Notes: generated by a model not told the origin, from the letters alone. Counted from the first letter of the stretch, positions 9,239 through 18,181 are shown. The stretch: DNA of 32,000 nucleotides from Thermoproteota archaeon (GCA_032249055.1 JAVVGP010000001.1:167-32166); one strand, 5' to 3'. Program-made: numbers and translations.

Positions 9239-11832
9239 AAGAATATATCATTAGTGGTATCAAATTTGGAATACTTTCACAAGAACAAATTAGGAAATTG
9301 TCAGTTGTAACTATCACTGTACCTGACACTTATGATGAAGAGTGGACGCCTATATCCTTTGGACTTATGGATAAAAAATTAGGCACATTAGAGCCAGGTC
9401 AAAGTTGCGATACTTGTGGTGGTAAAATAGATCAATGCCCAGGACATTTTGGTAGAATAGATTTAGCAAGACCAGTCATTCATATCGGCTTTATTAAGTA
9501 TATTTTAAATTCCTTACAAGCCACATGTGCTAATTGTAATAGATTGCTATTAGAGGACACAAAAATTGAAAAGTATAAAAAATTACTAGAGAAGTTTAAG
9601 CAAAAGAACCTTACTTTATTAGCAAACTTAGTAATTAATTTAGTAATAAAACGGGCTTCTCAAATTGAAACCTGTCCTCATTGCAAATCTGCTCAGCCTA
9701 AAATAAGATTTGAAAGGCCTTATTATTTTTACGAAGAAAGAGAGAAAATACCTAAACCATTGACACCCTTTGATATATATGAAAGATTAAGGAAAATTAA
9801 TGATGATGAAGCTAGACTATTAGGCTTTGATCCACCTTATTCAAGACCTGAATCAACCATTTTGTTCTCTTTACCTGTTCCTCCAATAATTATTAGACCA
9901 TCAATTACTTTGGAAACAGGTGAAAGATCTGAAGATGATCTTACACATAAGCTTGGAGATATTGTAAGAACAAATGAAAAATTAAAACAAAGTATAGACT
10001 CAGCTTCTCCACAGCTAATAATAGATGAACATTGGAATCTTTTACAATTCCATGTAGCAACATATTTTGATAACGAATTGGCAGGCGCATCGCCATCTAT
10101 TCATAGATCGGGTAGACCATTAAAAACTTTAGCCCAAAGATTAAAGGGTAAAGAGGGAAGATTTAGAGGCCATCTTTCAGGTAAAAGAGTAGACTTTTCT
10201 GCAAGAACCGTTATTTCACCGGATCCATATATAAGTATTGATGAAGTAGGTGTACCATATGAAGTTGCTAAGAGGTTAACAATTCCTGTAAAAGTTACAA
10301 GCTGGAATTTAAAGGAATTGCAAACTTATGTAATAAACGGTCCTGATGTACACCCAGGTGCAAATTATGTTATAACTCCAGAAGGACGTCAAATTGATTT
10401 ACGTTTCGTGAAGGATAGATATCAATTAGCACAACAGCTTACTGTAAATTATATTGTTGAGAGACATTTAAAGGACGGAGATCTTGTTATATTCAATAGA
10501 CAGCCTTCACTTCATAGAATGTCAATGATGGCTCACAAAGTTAAAGTGCTTCCATATAAAACATTTAGAATTCATCCTTTAGTTTGTCCACCTTATAATG
10601 CTGATTTTGATGGTGATGAAATGAACTTATTTGTTCCTCAAGATGAAGAATCAAGGAGTGAATTAGAAGTAATAATGAAGGTAGAAAAGCAAATGGTAAC
10701 ACCTAGATATGGCGGTATGATAATAGGTGCTTTACATGATTATATTACAGCAGCCTACTTATTAACAAGCAGGCAAACAAAATTAAATAAATTCTTAACA
10801 GCCTCAATACTTGCTTATGCGGAATATAAAGGAAAATTAGAAAAAGAAGAATATTCAGGAAAGGAAATATTCGAATTTTTCTTACCAGAGATAAATTATG
10901 AAGGAAAATGTTTAGCAGCTTTTAGTGAGGAGGATAAATATTTGGTTATAAAAAAAGGTAAAATATTGAAAGGTGTTATTGACCATAATGCTATTGGGGA
11001 TCAAAAAGCCAAGACGCTATTACATAAAATATTCTTAAAGTATGGACCTGAGAAAACTAAAGATTTCTTAAATAAATTAGGTTGGGCATTAGTATTTTAC
11101 TTAGACCATTATGGTTTTACAATAGGTCTCGACGAAGAAGATCTGCCTAAAAAAGCATATAAAGAAATAGAAAAAATAATTGATAAGCATGTTGAAAAAG
11201 TTAATGAATATATAGAGCTATACAGGAAAGGAAAATTGGAAAGAGAACCTGGTTCTACTTTGGAAGATACTTTAGAACAAAAAATAATAGACGAATTAAA
11301 TTTAGCTAGAGATGAGGCAGGAAGATTTGCAGAAAAATATTTCTCTAAAGACAACTCTATTTTAATTACTGCTAAAACAGGAGCAAGAGGTAAAATGTTA
11401 AATCTTATTCATATGTCTGTTTGTATCGGGCAACAAACATTAAGGGGTAAAAGAATGTCAAGAGGATATGAAGGAAGAATTTTACCTCATTTCAAAAAAG
11501 GAGATTTAGGAGCTTTTGCAAGAGGTTTTATAAAAAGTAATTATAAAATTGGTCTATCTCCAATAGAATTTTTTATCCATGCAGTTTCTGGCAGAGAAGG
11601 TTTGGTGGATACCGCAGTAAGAACTTCTCAAAGTGGATACATGCAACGAAGATTGATCAATGCATTATTAGATGTTTATGTAGATTATGACGGGACTGTT
11701 AAAGATGCTGAAGGAAATATAATCCAATTTATATATGGAGAAGACGGTATTGATCCTGCCATGAGCGTTTGGCATGATCCAATTGATGTAAGTGATATAG
11801 TAAAAGAAGTTGTGGAAGATGAAACTATCTAA
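9229..11832 (+). CDS. rpoA1: DNA-directed RNA polymerase subunit A'
   Basis: 867 aa. Zinc motif CDTCGG...[15 protein letters not shown] and the catalytic [10 protein letters not shown]. Overlaps rpoB by 10 nt. Confidence 0.97.
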   Translation: MEIEEYIISGIKFGILSQEQIRKLSVVTITVPDTYDEEWTPISFGLMDKKLGTLEPGQSCDTCGGKIDQCPGHFGRIDLARPVIHIGFIKYILNSLQATCANCNRLLLEDTKIEKYKKLLEKFKQKNLTLLANLVINLVIKRASQIETCPHCKSAQPKIRFERPYYFYEEREKIPKPLTPFDIYERLRKINDDEARLLGFDPPYSRPESTILFSLPVPPIIIRPSITLETGERSEDDLTHKLGDIVRTNEKLKQSIDSASPQLIIDEHWNLLQFHVATYFDNELAGASPSIHRSGRPLKTLAQRLKGKEGRFRGHLSGKRVDFSARTVISPDPYISIDEVGVPYEVAKRLTIPVKVTSWNLKELQTYVINGPDVHPGANYVITPEGRQIDLRFVKDRYQLAQQLTVNYIVERHLKDGDLVIFNRQPSLHRMSMMAHKVKVLPYKTFRIHPLVCPPYNADFDGDEMNLFVPQDEESRSELEVIMKVEKQMVTPRYGGMIIGALHDYITAAYLLTSRQTKLNKFLTASILAYAEYKGKLEKEEYSGKEIFEFFLPEINYEGKCLAAFSEEDKYLVIKKGKILKGVIDHNAIGDQKAKTLLHKIFLKYGPEKTKDFLNKLGWALVFYLDHYGFTIGLDEEDLPKKAYKEIEKIIDKHVEKVNEYIELYRKGKLEREPGSTLEDTLEQKIIDELNLARDEAGRFAEKYFSKDNSILITAKTGARGKMLNLIHMSVCIGQQTLRGKRMSRGYEGRILPHFKKGDLGAFARGFIKSNYKIGLSPIEFFIHAVSGREGLVDTAVRTSQSGYMQRRLINALLDVYVDYDGTVKDAEGNIIQFIYGEDGIDPAMSVWHDPIDVSDIVKEVVEDETI

Positions 11833-13027
11833 ATACTATATTAAAAAATTAAGAAACGAAGGTATTTCTGAGTATGTTATAGAAAAACTTAAAGAGGAAT
11901 TAAAGAAATACAAAAAGCTTAGAAATAAAGTAGTAAGAAGAATAATTAAAAAAGTAATAGAAAGTTATAATAAAGCGCAAATTCATCCTGGAGAAAATAT
12001 AGGTGTCGTAACCGCCCAAAGTATAGGAGAACCAGGTACGCAAATGACTTTACGTACATTTCACTTCGTTGGTGTTAAAGAATTAAATGTAACTTTAGGT
12101 TTGCCTCGTTTAATTGAAATTTTTGATGCAAGAAAGAAACCTTCCACACCTATTATGCGAATTCCTCTAAAAAAGCCTTATTGCCAAAGCTTTGACAAAG
12201 CATATGAAATAGCAAAGAAAATAGAAGAATTATTTGTAGGTGATCTTATAGAAAAATATGACTCAGACATTTTAGAATCAACTATTACACTTTACTTGAA
12301 TCCCAACATATTAAAAGAAAGAAATATTTCTTTTGATATGGTAATTAAAGCTATTAATCAAATTAAGGGCATAGATATCCGTTCATCTAAAAAATCAAAT
12401 ATAATTATAGTCAAAGCTAAAAAACCATTAAACATATCACAATTATATAAATTAAGAGAAAAAATACTAAAAATAAGATTAAAAGGTATACCTAAAATAA
12501 GAAGAACGATGGTCAGAAAAATTATGCATGAAGATGGCACAGAAGAATATATAATAGAAGCAGAAGGTTCAAACTTAAAAGAGATCTTAACTATAGATGA
12601 AGTAGATAAGAGGAGGGTTTATACTAATGATATTTTTGAAGTTTATAATGTATTAGGAATAGAAGCAGCCAGAAATCTAATTATAAAAGAATCAATGAAA
12701 TTACTCGAAGAACAAGGTCTAGATGTAAATGTTAAACACATAATGCTTTTAGCTGATATGATGACAAGAACTGGTAAAATAAGACAAATAGGTAGACATG
12801 GAGTTGTGGGTATTAAGAGTAGCCCACTTGCAAAAGCAGCTTTTGAAATAACTACTAAACATTTATTTGAAGCTGCAGCTCATGGGGATTATGAAAATCT
12901 TAAAGGGATAGCTGAAAACATAATCGTTGGTCAATATATTCCTACAGGTACTTCCATAATAAAAACTTATTTAGATATAGATAAATATCTTAATTTAATA
13001 GGAGTAGAAAAACATGGTGGATCTTGA
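11819..13027 (+). CDS. rpoA2: DNA-directed RNA polymerase subunit A''
   Basis: [24 protein letters not shown] and trigger-loop region motifs. I prefer the ATG at 11819 over the in-frame TTG at 11810 used by the ORF track. Overlaps the rpoA' stop. Confidence 0.93.
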   Translation: MKLSKYYIKKLRNEGISEYVIEKLKEELKKYKKLRNKVVRRIIKKVIESYNKAQIHPGENIGVVTAQSIGEPGTQMTLRTFHFVGVKELNVTLGLPRLIEIFDARKKPSTPIMRIPLKKPYCQSFDKAYEIAKKIEELFVGDLIEKYDSDILESTITLYLNPNILKERNISFDMVIKAINQIKGIDIRSSKKSNIIIVKAKKPLNISQLYKLREKILKIRLKGIPKIRRTMVRKIMHEDGTEEYIIEAEGSNLKEILTIDEVDKRRVYTNDIFEVYNVLGIEAARNLIIKESMKLLEEQGLDVNVKHIMLLADMMTRTGKIRQIGRHGVVGIKSSPLAKAAFEITTKHLFEAAAHGDYENLKGIAENIIVGQYIPTGTSIIKTYLDIDKYLNLIGVEKHGGS

Positions 13028-13316
13028 AAAAGAATTAAAGTTATTATTAAAAACAGGAAAATGTAATTATGGTTACAAAGAAGTATTAGAGGCTCTATAT
13101 CATAAAAAAGTGTTAGGAATAATATTAGCTTCTAAAATACCTAAGGAAATATATTCAAAAATTCTTTATTATGCTAAGTTAGCTGAAGTGCCTGTATATA
13201 TTTTTAATGGTAGCAGCATGGAATTGGGTAATTTGTGCGGTAAAAAGTTTCCAATAACTTCAATCGCTATAATTTCTCCTGGTGAATCTAATATTTTAGA
13301 ATTATTTAAGACATAA
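13014..13316 (+). CDS. rpl30e: 50S ribosomal protein L30e (eL30)
   Basis: 100 aa. LLKTGK...G.KE and EVPVY.F.GSS.ELG..CGK.F pattern. Canonical position after rpoA''. Overlaps rpoA'' by 14 nt. Confidence 0.9.
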   Translation: MVDLEKELKLLLKTGKCNYGYKEVLEALYHKKVLGIILASKIPKEIYSKILYYAKLAEVPVYIFNGSSMELGNLCGKKFPITSIAIISPGESNILELFKT

Positions 13317-13319
13317 AAT

Positions 13320-13757
13320 ATGAAAGAGGGAATCAATTTATCTAACACTGAATTAGAGTTTTTAAATATTTTTGAATTAACAACTTCAGTTAAAGTTAAA
13401 GATTGTATAATTGATGATAATTTTAACAGAGTAATCTTTTTAGTTGAACCGAAGTATGTTGGTCTTGCAATAGGTAAGAATGGAGAAAATGTGCAATTGT
13501 TAAAGAAAATAATTAAAAGGGATGTTGAAATAGTTCCATATTATGAAGATCCTGTAGAATTAATAAAAAGTTGTTTCTCACCTTTTGAAATCAATGATGT
13601 AAAAATTATAACCAATTCCAAAGGAGATAAGTATGCATTAGTTTACGTTAACCCTGAGATCAAAGCTAAAGTAATAGGATATAAAGGAAAAAATGTCGGA
13701 AAAGCCCGAATAATATCAAAAAGATATTTTGAAATAAGTAATGTTATTGTTGTTTAA
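13320..13757 (+). CDS. nusA: Archaeal NusA-like transcription termination/antitermination protein (two KH domains)
   Basis: 145 aa with two GxxG KH signatures (AIGKNGENV and VIGYKGKNV). Canonical position between L30e and S12. Confidence 0.85.
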   Translation: MKEGINLSNTELEFLNIFELTTSVKVKDCIIDDNFNRVIFLVEPKYVGLAIGKNGENVQLLKKIIKRDVEIVPYYEDPVELIKSCFSPFEINDVKIITNSKGDKYALVYVNPEIKAKVIGYKGKNVGKARIISKRYFEISNVIVV

Positions 13758-13770
13758 ATTTAAAAATATT
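13758..13770 (+). promoter_or_regulatory. Candidate TATA box placing the S12 mRNA start at or near its ATG (leaderless)
   Basis: ATTTAAAAATATT. The core is centred about 28 nt upstream of the ATG at 13791. Confidence 0.35.
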
Positions 13771-13790
13771 AACCTTATATTATCTTTACT

Positions 13791-14231
13791 ATGGGCAAAA
13801 AATCTCCATTAGGTTTATTTGCTGCAAGGAAATTAAGAAAGAAAAGGCAAAAATTTAGGTGGAGTAAACTAAAATACAAAAGAAGAATGTTAAGGTTAAA
13901 AGAAAAGTATGATCCTTTAGAAGGAGCTCCACAAGCAAGAGGTATAGTTATTGAAAAAGTAGGAATAGAATCAAGACAGCCAAATTCGGCTGTAAGAAAA
14001 TGTGTAAGAGTACAACTTGTAAAAAATGGAAAACAAATAACTGCTTTTGTACCTAAGGATGGAGCTTTGAATATAATTAGTGAACATGATGAGGTTATTG
14101 TAGAGGGTATTGGAGGCCCTCAAGGAAGAGCTTACGGTGACTTACCTGGTGTAAGATGGAAAGTGGTAAAAGTAAATGGTGTTGCGTTAAGCGAAATTTT
14201 AAAGGGTAAAAAACAAAAACCACAAAGATAA
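13791..14231 (+). CDS. rps12: 30S ribosomal protein S12 (uS12)
   Basis: 146 aa. PNSA.RKC.RVQL.KNGK..TAF.P motif. Confidence 0.95.
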   Translation: MGKKSPLGLFAARKLRKKRQKFRWSKLKYKRRMLRLKEKYDPLEGAPQARGIVIEKVGIESRQPNSAVRKCVRVQLVKNGKQITAFVPKDGALNIISEHDEVIVEGIGGPQGRAYGDLPGVRWKVVKVNGVALSEILKGKKQKPQR

Positions 14232-14233
14232 AA

Positions 14234-14812
14234 ATGGTATTAGCTCAAAGAGAAATTTTAGTATTTAATAAATGGAGTACTAAGGATGTAAAAGTTAATG
14301 ATATTAGTTTAGTAAGATATATTAATTTGACTGCTTTGCATGCACCTACTACAAGTGGAATATACGCAAATAAAAGATTTGGTAAGTCTAATATGCCTAT
14401 CTATGAAAGGTTAGCAAATCATTTAATGAAAAAAGGTAGAAATCAAGGTAAAAAGCTCAAAGCCTTAAATATTGTCAGAAAAGCTTTTACTATAATTGAA
14501 TTAAAGACAAAAATGAATCCAATACAAGTATTAGTTAATGCAATAGAAAATGCTGCTCCAAGAGAAGCAACAACAAGAATATTGCTTGGAGGTATTGTAT
14601 ACCATGTTGCTGTTGATGTAGCTCCACAAAGAAGAGTAGATTTAGCTTTAAGATGGATTTGTGAAGGAGCACGCTTAGCTTCATTTAATAATCCAAAACC
14701 CATAGAAGAAAGTTTAGCTGATGAAATAATATTAGCTGCAAAAAATAGTCCTGAATCTTATGCTATAAAGAAAAAAGAAGAAGTGGAGAGAATAGCACTA
14801 TCATCGAGATGA
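14234..14812 (+). CDS. rps7: 30S ribosomal protein S7 (uS7)
   Basis: 192 aa with the typical archaeal S7 C-terminal half ([10 protein letters not shown]...GG..Y.VAVDV.PQRR.DLALR). Confidence 0.95.
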   Translation: MVLAQREILVFNKWSTKDVKVNDISLVRYINLTALHAPTTSGIYANKRFGKSNMPIYERLANHLMKKGRNQGKKLKALNIVRKAFTIIELKTKMNPIQVLVNAIENAAPREATTRILLGGIVYHVAVDVAPQRRVDLALRWICEGARLASFNNPKPIEESLADEIILAAKNSPESYAIKKKEEVERIALSSR

Positions 14813-14821
14813 TTAAAAATA

Positions 14822-14829
14822 TTTATAAA
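14822..14829 (+). promoter_or_regulatory. Candidate TATA box for the tuf-rps10 unit
   Basis: TTTATAAA centred about 34 nt upstream of the ATG at 14860, in the 47-nt S7-tuf gap. Confidence 0.35.
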
Positions 14830-14859
14830 TCTGAAAACATAATATTTTTCTAAGTTCCA

Positions 14860-16161
14860 ATGTCAGAAAAGAAACCGCACCTTAATTTAATAGTGGCAGG
14901 ACATGTTGATCATGGTAAAAGTACTACTACAGGTCATCTTTTATATGAACTAGGTGTAGTAGATCCAAAAAAATTAAAAGAAATTGAAGAAGAAGCAAAG
15001 AAAAGAGGAAAAGAGTTTGCAAAATATGCATGGATACTTGATACATATAAAGAGGAAAGAGAAAGGGATATGACAATCGATTTAACTTTCTTAAAATTTG
15101 AGACTAAAAAGTACTTTTTCACAATAATTGACGCACCAGGACACAGAGATTTTGTTAAAAATATGGTTACGGGAGCCTCTCAAGCAGATGCAGCAATATT
15201 GGTTGTTTCAGCTAAAAAAGGAGAATATGAAGCAGGCATAGGAGCTACTGGACAAACAAGGGAGCATGCTTTCTTACTAAGAACAATGGGTGTTAATCAA
15301 TTAGTTGTTGCAATTAATAAAATGGATGATCCTTCAGTAAATTACAGCAAAGAAAGATATGAAGAAGTAAAAAAAGGAGTTTTAGATTTGCTAAAGCAAT
15401 TAGGTTATCCTGTTGATAAAATTAGAGTTGTTCCAATATCTGCTTGGTATGGTGATAATTTAATAGAGAGAAGTAAAAATATGCCATGGTATACAGGTCC
15501 TACTTTGGTTGAAGCTTTAGATGAATTTGTAATTCCTCCAAGACCTGTAGATAAACCTTTAAGAATTCCTATAGAAGCTGTTTATTCAATAACAGGAGTT
15601 GGTACAGTTCCTGTAGGTAAAGTTGAAAGTGGCAGATTAAGAGTTGGAGATACTGTTGTTATCATGCCTTCAGGTAAGAAAGGTGAAGTTAGATCAATAG
15701 AAACTCATCATACACCAATTCAAGAAGCATTGCCTGGTGATAATATAGGCTTTAACGTTAAAGGAATAGCCAAAGAAGAGATAAGAAGAGGAGATGTTGT
15801 AGGTCATCCTAATAATCCTCCTACAGTAGTTAGTTCCTTTATAGCAAGAATTTTTGTAATTTACCACCCAACATCCATTGCAGTAGGTTATACTCCTGTA
15901 ATGCATATTCATACAGCTACGGTAGCTACAAAATTCGAAGAAATACAAAAGAAACTGGATATAAGAACTGGTGCAACAATAGAGGTTAATCCTAAATTTA
16001 TAAAACAAGGAGAAGCTGCAATAGTTAAATTAAGACCTATTAGACCGGTAATTGTTGAAAAATATTCAGAATTTCCAGCATTGGGAAGATTTGCAATACG
16101 TGACATGGGAAGAACAATAGCTGCAGGTGTAGTATTGGATGTTGAGCCAGCAAAAATTTAA
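14860..16161 (+). CDS. tuf: Translation elongation factor 1-alpha (aEF-1A/EF-Tu)
   Basis: 433 aa. GHVDHGKST, DAPGHRDF and NKMD GTPase motifs, full length. Confidence 0.97.
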   Translation: MSEKKPHLNLIVAGHVDHGKSTTTGHLLYELGVVDPKKLKEIEEEAKKRGKEFAKYAWILDTYKEERERDMTIDLTFLKFETKKYFFTIIDAPGHRDFVKNMVTGASQADAAILVVSAKKGEYEAGIGATGQTREHAFLLRTMGVNQLVVAINKMDDPSVNYSKERYEEVKKGVLDLLKQLGYPVDKIRVVPISAWYGDNLIERSKNMPWYTGPTLVEALDEFVIPPRPVDKPLRIPIEAVYSITGVGTVPVGKVESGRLRVGDTVVIMPSGKKGEVRSIETHHTPIQEALPGDNIGFNVKGIAKEEIRRGDVVGHPNNPPTVVSSFIARIFVIYHPTSIAVGYTPVMHIHTATVATKFEEIQKKLDIRTGATIEVNPKFIKQGEAAIVKLRPIRPVIVEKYSEFPALGRFAIRDMGRTIAAGVVLDVEPAKI

Positions 16162-16469
16162 TGCCTAGAATAGCAAGAATTTTTTTAACAGCTACAAATG
16201 TGGAAGAATTAGAAAGAGTAGCTAAAGAAATAAAGGAGCTTGCAGATAGCTTAAATGCAAGAGTAGCTGGACCAATACCATTACCAACAAAAAGATTAAG
16301 AGTTGTTACTCGAAAAACCCCTTGTGGAGATGGTACTCATACTTTTGATCGATGGGAATTAAGAATTCATAAAAGAGTGATTGATGTACTTGCAACAGAA
16401 TATATGGTAAGACAATTAGCAAGAATTAAATTGCCTCCTAATGTAAAAATTTCAATAAATATAAGGTAA
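16161..16469 (+). CDS. rps10: 30S ribosomal protein S10 (uS10)
   Basis: 102 aa. GPIPLPTK...TRKTPCG.GT.T.D.WE.RIHKR motif. TAATG overlap with tuf. Confidence 0.95.
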   Translation: MPRIARIFLTATNVEELERVAKEIKELADSLNARVAGPIPLPTKRLRVVTRKTPCGDGTHTFDRWELRIHKRVIDVLATEYMVRQLARIKLPPNVKISINIR

Positions 16470-16492
16470 ACTTTAACAGTTTTCAATTTAAA

Positions 16493-16517
16493 TTTTTCGA
16501 ATTTAATTTTTTATTTT
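16493..16517 (+). terminator. Oligo-T tracts downstream of rps10 (candidate archaeal terminator)
   Basis: T5 (16493-16497), T6 (16507-16512) and T4 (16514-17) lie within 50 nt of the S10 stop. Confidence 0.3.
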
Positions 16518-16521
16518 CTTA

Positions 16522-16529
16522 TTTATTAA
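16522..16529 (+). promoter_or_regulatory. Candidate TATA box for tRNA-Ser
   Basis: TTTATTAA centred about 27 nt upstream of G16552, the inferred mature 5' end. An alternative AATATATAT box lies at 16531-16539. Confidence 0.3.
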
Positions 16530-16551
16530 TAATATATATGCCGGGAAATTA

Positions 16552-16649
16552 GCCGGGATAAAAAATCCCGAAAGCCTAGTGGACAAGGCGCAGGCCTTGA
16601 GAGCCTGTGGGGATTTTTCCCCGCGTGGGTTCGAATCCCACTCCCGGCG
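16552..16649 (+). tRNA. tRNA-Ser (anticodon UGA), class II long variable arm, with a 13-nt insertion after U8 (candidate non-canonical intron)
   Basis: Hand fold: acceptor GCCGGGA/TCCCGGC, U8, [insert], A9, D arm GCCT-AGTGGACA-AGGC, anticodon arm CAGGC-CTTGAGA-GCCTG, 17-nt variable arm (GGGG-ATTTTT-CCCC), T arm GTGGG-TTCGAAT-CCCAC, discriminator G. 98 nt in the gene and 85 nt once the insert is removed. Confidence 0.8.
16560..16572 (+). other. Candidate 13-nt non-canonical tRNA intron (position 8/9). The boundaries can slide within the flanking A runs
   Basis: AAAAAATCCCGAA. C16554-G16557 pair with C16567-G16570 as a 4-bp central helix. AAA at 16571-16573 forms a 3-nt bulge. A58-T59-A60 forms the opposing unpaired triplet. 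Confidence 0.5.
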
Positions 16650-16799
16650 TATAATTAAAATCACATTGATCGTAAAATTAAATAAAATTAGAAGGCTTAC
16701 TTTAAAGATGGATGTTGATATGGATTAATTTGCTTCTGCTTTACTATTTTATAAAAAAGAAAAAATTTTTAAACTAAAATTAAGAAGTTAAAATATTAA

Positions 16800-17195
16800 A
16801 TGGGGGTAAGAGAACAATTAGAGCCCATAAAGTTGTTCGAGATAGGAAAACATGTAATAGCAGATATTAGAGTTGATAAAAATTCTTCTTATTTAACCGA
16901 CATAGATTTAATTAAAGAACTGCTTTACGAAGCAGCGAAAGTGGCAAATATTAAGGTTTTAGATGAGAAATATATAATTTTTGAAAATACAGGCGGTATC
17001 TCAATGATGCTATTTATTGCTGAATCTCATATTTCTATACATACATGGCCTGAATACGGCTATGTAGCTATAGATATATTCACATGCGGAGAAAAGGCAA
17101 AACCTTGGGAAGCATACATGTATATTATCAATAAGCTTAGGCCTAAGTACGTTAATGTAATAGAAATTAAAAGAGGTTTCAATTTTAACGAATAA
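16800..17195 (+). CDS. speH: S-adenosylmethionine decarboxylase proenzyme (pyruvoyl-dependent, small archaeal/bacterial type)
   Basis: 131 aa with the self-cleavage motif AESHISIHTWPE followed by VAIDIFTCG. Confidence 0.85.
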   Translation: MGVREQLEPIKLFEIGKHVIADIRVDKNSSYLTDIDLIKELLYEAAKVANIKVLDEKYIIFENTGGISMMLFIAESHISIHTWPEYGYVAIDIFTCGEKAKPWEAYMYIINKLRPKYVNVIEIKRGFNFNE

Positions 17196-17203
17196 AATTT
17201 TAA

Positions 17204-17210
17204 TTTTTTT
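17204..17210 (+). terminator. T7 tract just after the speH stop (candidate terminator)
   Basis: TTTTTTT lies 9 nt downstream of the TAA at 17193-17195. Confidence 0.3.
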
Positions 17211-17282
17211 GTATTTATTATATATATACTGTATGGGCGGAAGACAAAGAACTTCTATATTCAAAGAGGAAGCAAAATCTGT

Positions 17283-17319
17283 AGAGGAGAAAAAAGAAGA
17301 AAGAAAGGAAAAGAAGAAA
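17283..17319 (+). repeat. 37-nt uninterrupted polypurine (A/G-only) tract
   Basis: Counted base by base: AGAGGAGAAAAAAGAAGAAAGAAAGGAAAAGAAGAAA. It ends 4 nt before the TTG start of the SPOUT gene. Confidence 0.9.
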
Positions 17320-17323
17320 TAAA

Positions 17324-18142
17324 TTGAAAAAACCTAAAATAACTGTAGTTTTCCCCACAAACATTTTTTCTGACATTCCCCATCTACGTGAAAAAACTAT
17401 AAGAATAGCTAACTTAGCTAGAACCTTTTTTATTTTTAATGTAGATGAAGTTGTTTTATTTAATTACGAAATTTTTGATAAGGTATTACTTAAATTATTA
17501 AATTTCTTTTCTATTCCTTCCTATCTACGTAAATTTGCATTTAAAATAGATGAAGATTTAAAATATGTAGGAGCAGCTCCTCCGATAAGAGCTAATATTG
17601 AAGAAGATAAAGAAAATAGAATAGGTCTTGTTGTTAAAAATGAAAATGGAATTGCATTTATAAATGCAGGATTAAAACGATTAATAAAAATTAAAGACCC
17701 AAAATTAAAGAAAGGAGAAATTGTTAAACTTTCTTTTCTCAATGGACGTTGGGAATTGGTATATAATGAAGGTAAAAAATATTTTAATTTTACTATTAAA
17801 GTAGTAAATGATCTTATTAATTTTTTAAAATCTGAAAAACCAAATTCTTTTATAATTGCAACCTCTAAAGAATTATTCTCTCCTAAATGCAAAATTTTAA
17901 ACTTAGAAAACTTATTAACTTTGCAAAAACTTATAAAAGACAAGCAAAAACTGATTTTTTTATTTGGTTCACCCAAAGAAGGATTATATGAGATATTTCT
18001 TAAACTTAATTATAATTTAGATGATTTAGCTGATATCATTTTAAATGTTTTCCCAAATCAAGGAGTAATTACAATAAGAACAGATGAAGCTATTTTTGGG
18101 ACATTAAGCATCTTTAATATAATTAACAGTTCTCTGTTTTGA
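17324..18142 (+). CDS. DUF171/COG2106-type SPOUT-superfamily putative RNA methyltransferase
   Basis: 272 aa. N-terminal I.VVFPT...SD....REKT.RIANLAR.F.IF.VDEVV and C-terminal FGSPKEGL...N.FPNQGV.TIRT(D/E)EA pattern recalled for this family. TTG start at 17324 per the ORF track; there is no nearby in-frame ATG upstream. Confidence 0.6.
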   Translation: MKKPKITVVFPTNIFSDIPHLREKTIRIANLARTFFIFNVDEVVLFNYEIFDKVLLKLLNFFSIPSYLRKFAFKIDEDLKYVGAAPPIRANIEEDKENRIGLVVKNENGIAFINAGLKRLIKIKDPKLKKGEIVKLSFLNGRWELVYNEGKKYFNFTIKVVNDLINFLKSEKPNSFIIATSKELFSPKCKILNLENLLTLQKLIKDKQKLIFLFGSPKEGLYEIFLKLNYNLDDLADIILNVFPNQGVITIRTDEAIFGTLSIFNIINSSLF

Positions 18143-18143
18143 A

Positions 18144-18149
18144 TTTTTT
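18144..18149 (+). terminator. T6 tract directly after the SPOUT gene stop (candidate terminator)
   Basis: TTTTTT begins 2 nt after the TGA at 18140-18142. Confidence 0.25.
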
Positions 18150-18162
18150 AATAAAGGCAAAA

Positions 18163-18181
18163 TTTATTAATACCTTATAAT
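18163..18181 (+). promoter_or_regulatory. Candidate TATA region for the L3-led unit
   Basis: TTTATTAA (18163-18170) and CTTATAATA (18174-18181). The second is centred about 28 nt upstream of the ATG at 18207. Confidence 0.3.

Noticed and set aside
16540-16546. The upstream GCCGGGA copy as the true 5' acceptor strand of tRNA-Ser, which would imply a second intron or a split or permuted tRNA.
   Set aside because: It is followed by AA rather than U8 plus a purine. Using it would require removing a further 12 nt for which no bulge-helix pairing can be drawn. The downstream copy gives a canonical U8-A9-G10 junction with a single excision.
16650-16799. Search for C/D-box sRNAs or other small RNAs in the intergenic spacers (this one, plus 1632-1885, 5490-5591, 16470-16540, 23259-23308, 25554-25590 and 29011-29060).
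   Set aside because: No RUGAUGA...CUGA pairs at appropriate spacing were found on either strand. No GC-rich islands occur other than the two tRNAs. The UGAUGA strings seen elsewhere all lie inside coding regions without a matching D box.
17233-17322. The 29-aa sORF as a missed small ribosomal protein, by analogy with the missed S14.
   Set aside because: It bears no resemblance to any small archaeal ribosomal protein I know (L39e, L40e, L41e, S27ae, S28e, S30e and so on). It is acidic/basic low-complexity sequence, and no ribosomal protein is expected at this position. It is kept only as an uncertain finding and is not annotated as a gene.
17521-17976. 151-aa antisense ORF inside the SPOUT gene. 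Similar antisense or alternate-frame ORFs occur at 24819-25205, 19911-20276, 15694-16008, 15909-16106, 14443-14703, 14934-15122, 11109-11354, 12358-12540, 17010-17264, 20224-20445, 21472-21663, 22731-23006, 23572-23757, 26222-26458, 29595-29798, 29619-29924 and 30839-31024.
   Set aside because: Each lies wholly within, or largely overlaps, a confidently identified conserved gene. Their products are low-complexity, Phe/Leu/Ser/Ile-rich translations of the complement of Lys/Glu-rich codons. No start context or family resemblance supports them. These are shadow ORFs.
1886-18142. Four SAM-using enzymes (DUF62, the Trm5-like protein, SpeH and the SPOUT protein) as a hidden SAM-metabolism system.
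   Set aside because: They are dispersed over 16 kb, lie on different strands and in different transcription units, and are separated by the whole rpo operon. SAM enzymes are abundant in any genome, so this is most likely coincidence.
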